In this document: in pieces, positions 60,133 through 64,000 of the stretch | Position numbering within the stretch: position 1 is the stretch's first letter | How the letters are laid out: the number at the start of each line of letters is the position of its first letter | Source: Cyanophora paradoxa CCMP329 | Lineage: Eukaryota > Plantae > Glaucophyta | Assembly (NCBI GenBank): GCA_004431415.1 | Contig: QPMI01000529.1 | Location: 9,243-73,242, forward strand | Reading direction: 5' to 3' | Length of the DNA: 64,000 bases | Made by a program: the position numbers and the translations under genes | Notes under the pieces: generated by a model | What the model saw: the letters and a program-made list of their open reading frames with translations, nothing else | Told to the model about the DNA's origin: nothing | The model's database searches: none

Positions 60133-60762
60133 TTACTTGGGCATGAAGAAATTCCTGACGCGCTCTCCCTCCTCGTGCAGCGCCCACTGCAGCCGGTCGA
60201 TGACGGCGGCCATCACGGGCGGGCTCGCGGCGGGGTTCTTCGCGTACGCCCGGGCGTCCTCTGCCATCTGGGGGTGGTACTGCTCGACGCGCTTGGCGTA
60301 GCTCGCGATGGCGCGGCGGGTGCACCGATCCAGGTCAGCCGCCATTTCCGCCGGTGCCTTCGGCTGCTGCTGCTTCTTTCGCGCGTAAGTCCTAAGAAGC
60401 CAAGGGTAGGCCGCGGTGCTGCTGCTGGAGTTGCTGGGCGCTGGAGCCTCTGCGCTGGGGCTGGTGTCGCGGGAGTCTCCATTTCCCATGTTCTCTAGAA
60501 AAAAACGGGTACCGGTTTGCGTCATCTGAATGTCGACGTGGTGCGGCCCTATGTTCTGCGTGCTCTCGCGCCTCTGCTGCTCCGGTGGGGGTTCGGGCTC
60601 GGGCTGTCCGCGGCGGACGACCCTAAGGGCCGCCGCCTTCAGGGCGCCCAGCACTGTGTTGGGGCCGACGCGCTCCGTGCCGCCCAGCAGCTCCGAGACC
60701 AGGAAGAGCGCGCCGCAGACGACGGTGATGATGTCCGAGTGGGTGCATTCCCCCTGGAACAT
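60133..60762 (-). CDS. Small membrane protein, in frame with a probable second gene starting at 60489 (MGNGDS.., N-myristoylation-like)
   Basis: IITVVCGALFLVSELLG hydrophobic helix; internal TTTTTTCTA motif just upstream of ATG GGA AAT. Confidence 0.65.
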   Translation of the reverse strand: MFQGECTHSDIITVVCGALFLVSELLGGTERVGPNTVLGALKAAALRVVRRGQPEPEPPPEQQRRESTQNIGPHHVDIQMTQTGTRFFLENMGNGDSRDTSPSAEAPAPSNSSSSTAAYPWLLRTYARKKQQQPKAPAEMAADLDRCTRRAIASYAKRVEQYHPQMAEDARAYAKNPAASPPVMAAVIDRLQWALHEEGERVRNFFMPK

Positions 60763-60784
60763 TTTCGCGGGCCCGTCAGATTTA

Positions 60785-62814
60785 TTATCCGCTACCCCTT
60801 CCCCTTCCGCGCCCCTTGCCTTTGCCGCGCCCTCGGCCCCTGGCCCTCAGGTCGCCGATTTCCGCGGCCTGCGGCGCGAAGCGGGGATCGTCCGCCTGGC
60901 CGGCGTCCGCCTGGAAAATCGTGAAGAGGTACCCGTCCGTGTTGTTGTCGGTGTTGTTCGTGTTTCGCGCGTGCGACCACTCTTTCAGTAAATCGCGCCT
61001 CTGCTTGTCGGGCAGCGTCTTTGAGAGGTACTCCTGCAGCTTGCTCGCGTAATTTTCCTCTGGGATCAGCGACGCAAGGACGGTGGGCGGATCTTTCCCC
61101 ATGCCTATCTTCTCTTCCGTCAGCATGCGCTCGAGCTCTGCGATTTCCACCATCGTATCGATGCTCGGTTGAGGCCCTGCCTCTGCCCTCTTCTGGTCTA
61201 CGAGGCGCTGCCCCGCCGCCGTGAATTTCGCGGACAGAATTTGGTGCAGCCGCTCGTACACCGTCGTGGTGCTCGGCTCCTTCTCCTTCAGCAGCACCAC
61301 CCAGTCGTAATTCGCCCACAGCACCTGCAAATTCGATATGTGATCGATCGTCACCAGCACGTGGGCGTGCAGCGCGCCGTCCGTCGGCCCCACCTCCACG
61401 CCCCCTTGCACGCGAATTCCGATGATTGCGTTGGCGTACGTGTCGTCCTTGTACTTGCCGTTCTCTTCCTTCATATTGAAGCGTATGAACTTGTAGAATT
61501 CTGCATCCGAGAGCACCTCTGCGAGGCTGTCGCGCAGCGCCGCCGCCTCGAATTCTCGCGCCTCTCCCAGGCGCTTGTGGGTGTTGAAGAGCACCCAGTA
61601 GCGCGACTGGCGCGCCTGTCGTATGTCGTACCGCGTGCTTCCGTCGGGATTCTTTTTGTTGAGGATGAAGACCGACCGCCCCGTCTCGCTGATTTCCGTG
61701 ATCACCTTCTCGAGCGCCTCCAGCCCGTTTGCCTGCGCCGCCTGCAGTCCCGTTTTCGCCTTCTCTATGTTCTGCTTTACCTCTTGCGCGTCCGCGAAGG
61801 TTGCCATTAAATCTTCCATGCTCGGCGCCACGATTTTCGCCTTTCTGATTTTCGACTGCGCAGAGTTGGCTCGATGACGGACGATCCGAAGTCAGCGGCC
61901 GTATCCTTTGCCTTTTTCGTGGTCTTTGGCTTCGGCCCGCCGAGCACGCTCTCGACCATGTGGTCGCGCGTCTGCTTGGAGACGGTGGCCGTGTCGCCCC
62001 TCTTTCGCCTCTGCAGGCCCAAGATCACGAGCAGGCCCTTGTTGCCGAGCAGCGTGACGCACTTCTGGCAGAGCCACGAGTTTCTGGGCGACACCGTGGG
62101 CACCTGCGCCGGCTTCTTGTCCTTGATGAGGGGGTACGGCTCCTGGCCCTTTTTCTTTCCCTTGCCGTTTTGCTTGGCCGCCCACGCGTTTGCCTTCTCT
62201 ATGACCGCGACGTACTCTTCGTACACGGCATCCTTCCTCGCCTGCGCTGCCTCCCTCGCGGCGATTTTCTCTGGCGTGTTGGCCCCCTTGGCGCTCGGCA
62301 CGGGCGTGGCTTCGTACATGAGGCGAAGGCAGCGGTAGCAGATTGGCGGCGATTTCTGCGCGCTCTGGTACGTGCGCGGTATGGCGCGCAGTCGCTCCTC
62401 GGGGAGTTTATCGTACTCGATTTCGCTGTGGATGCTCCAGAGGGTCGCGGGCTCGTGGTATGATTTATCGAGCAGCGATGGGAGCATCTGAACTTCTTTG
62501 GTGGCCGAGAGCTTGATGTAATCGGATATGCTCTTCTGCTGCTGGAATATGCCGTCCTCGCCCTGAACCAGCACGTATCGCTTCGGAATCTCAACGACGG
62601 GCGTCTCGAGCTCGTCCACGCCGGTATCGGGCGCGTTTCCCTTTGCCTTTCCCTTTCCCTTCCCCTTGCCCTTGCCCTTCGGCTTAGGCTCCGGCTCCTC
62701 TTCCTCTTCCTCCTCTTCTTCCTCCGACTCGGAGGACGGGGACGTGGGCTCCTCTTCCTCTGACTCGCTCGAGCTCTCTGGCTTCTTCTTGCGGCCTCGG
62801 CGCTTCGGAGGCAT
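60785..62814 (-). CDS. Long HUH endonuclease: acidic/basic N-terminus, CxxC..CxxC, C-terminal HUH Rep-like domain (one frameshift)
   Basis: Motif I YWVLFNTH, motif II EVGPTDGALHAHVLV, motif III YLSK; CYRC..CQKC; ORFs 61807-62814 and 60785-61831 join by one added G near 61870. Confidence 0.8.
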
Positions 62815-62835
62815 TTATTGGACACGAGAAAAAAT

Positions 62836-63675
62836 TTACACGAGCTTTACAGCGCCCGTCTCGAGGGCCTCTACCGTCTTCGTAATGTACAGCTGCAGCA
62901 GATCCTTAAGGTTGCTCTGCGGCAGCAATTTTACGTCTACGTGCATCTGCCTGGCGGTTTCTCGCTTCCTGTAGCCCGTCTCCTTGCCCGTCCACTGCAT
63001 GCCGAGGGCGTCCTTTCTCCGTATCGGCCGCACCGCCGTCTTCTGGTACTCCTCCCCGAACCAGTCGTCCTTGTAGAAATTCGGCAGGCCGCCCTGCCCT
63101 CCGTTTGCATGAACTTGATGAGGAAATCCGACGCCTTCTTGCCGTCGAATTGCACGCGCGAGTAGTGCACCAGCGTGAGCAGGATGTGCGCGTGGAGCCG
63201 CCCCGACCGCGGCCCGTACTCGATGCCGATGTTCGCGTTGCCCTTCTCCACGTGCGTGTCGTACTGGTCGGACTTGAAATCGAAGCCCTTGGGGTTCGCC
63301 TTGTCGGGGTACACCCCCATCTTTATGCACCGCGCCAGCTGCCTGTCGTCGTAGAAGAGGGCCTCCAGCCCCCTGTGAAACGCGTCCTGCACCTTGGAGC
63401 CCTCTCCCCTGCTCCGCGGCTTGTAGTTGGTCTGGATGGTGATCATGAAATTCGACTCGCGCTGCGGCCGATCCTCCCGTTCAGTTTCCTCACGGGCGCC
63501 GCGTCCAGCACCTTCTGGAACACGTCTTGTCGGGCGCCAGCACCTTGTCGTTGATGTTGCCCACCACGATGTGCGTCTCTACCCGGGAGCGGCCGGAGGC
63601 GTCCATGCGGAGGTGAGGGTTCGGTGCCCGGGCTTGCCTGTTTGCTGCCACGCCCCTCGCGATGAGGTTGAGCAT
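62836..63675 (-). CDS. HUH rolling-circle replication endonuclease (three frameshifts)
   Basis: Motif I FMITIQTN, motif II EYGPRSGRLHAHILL, motif III YITK; start preceded by AAAATTTTCTA. Confidence 0.85.
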
Positions 63676-63748
63676 GTCAGACCAAGGCCTAGAAAATTTT
63701 CCGAGGCTGGGGTGAGCTTCCACGTGGGGCCCCGGGGTACGTCCGCAC

Positions 63749-63790
63749 CTCACCTGAGCATCACCTGAGCCTCACATGAATCACCTGAGC
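63749..63790 (+). repeat. TCACCTGAGC direct repeats in the divergent intergenic region upstream of the HUH gene
   Basis: Three exact copies plus a degenerate TCACATGAA. Confidence 0.75.
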
Positions 63791-63905
63791 AACGCCTTCT
63801 GCAACAAGTGCTTCCTCACTTGCAAGTGGGACCCACTCTCTCTGAGAAGCCAACCTGTTGGGTTCTGCAGGGAATAGCTCAGCTGCAGTACGAGGACTCA
63901 GAGGA

Positions 63906-64000
63906 ATGGCAGACTCTAACGAAATCGATCTCCTCCTCCGAAACTTCGAGCAGATCCAGCGCTACGGCGCCATCCTTCACGACGGGGGACCCAGACTTCG
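63906..64000 (+). CDS. Start of a viral ORF running off the window (MADSNEIDLLLRNFEQIQRYG..)
   Basis: Open frame to the window end. Confidence 0.45.
   Translation, partial: MADSNEIDLLLRNFEQIQRYGAILHDGGPRL

Larger units (their letters stand above)
45707..64000. mobile_element. Endogenous DNA virus (provirus), Mriyaviricetes/Yaravirus-like hypothesis; left edge approximate, right end outside the window
   Basis: Abrupt switch to intronless, tightly packed ORFs with AAAATG starts; two HUH endonucleases, fibre proteins, penton-like protein, HNH, shared upstream motif. Confidence 0.85.

Noticed and set aside
45707-64000. Bacterial prophage contamination or classical Polinton/virophage
   Set aside because: No Shine-Dalgarno pattern, AAAATG starts, NLS/SIM/myristoyl-type motifs, and no terminase, portal, pPolB or rve integrase seen; not fully excluded until the rest of the element is examined

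Overview
Eukaryotic (protist-like) nuclear DNA in three parts. (1) 1-30 kb is very GC-rich host sequence with many short introns, many of them GC-AG. It holds a head-to-head inverted duplication of an acyl/acetyl-CoA synthetase with an N-terminal targeting peptide, a divergent pair made of a BC-box/LRR (Rad7-like) gene and a SNF2-RING (Rad16/Rad5/Uls1-like) gene, and several unknown genes. (2) About 30.2-44.5 kb is a lower-GC island carrying what looks like one giant multi-exon secreted/surface protein, followed by a nest of MITEs. (3) From about 45.7 kb to the window end is an intronless, gene-dense endogenous DNA virus. It encodes two tandem HUH rolling-circle endonucleases, a penton-like protein, phage-type fibre proteins (peptidase S74 chaperone, FN3/Gly-rich, HxH fibre repeats) and an HNH nuclease. 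It also has a shared promoter motif, (GGGACTT)n arrays and a candidate hairpin-plus-iteron origin. The best hypothesis is an integrated Mriyaviricetes (Yaravirus-related)-like provirus. Its frameshifts look like homopolymer sequencing errors, so it may be intact. No major capsid protein, packaging ATPase, polymerase or integrase is recognisable inside the window, so the element probably continues past 64 kb. All homology calls are by eye and from memory, not from searches.
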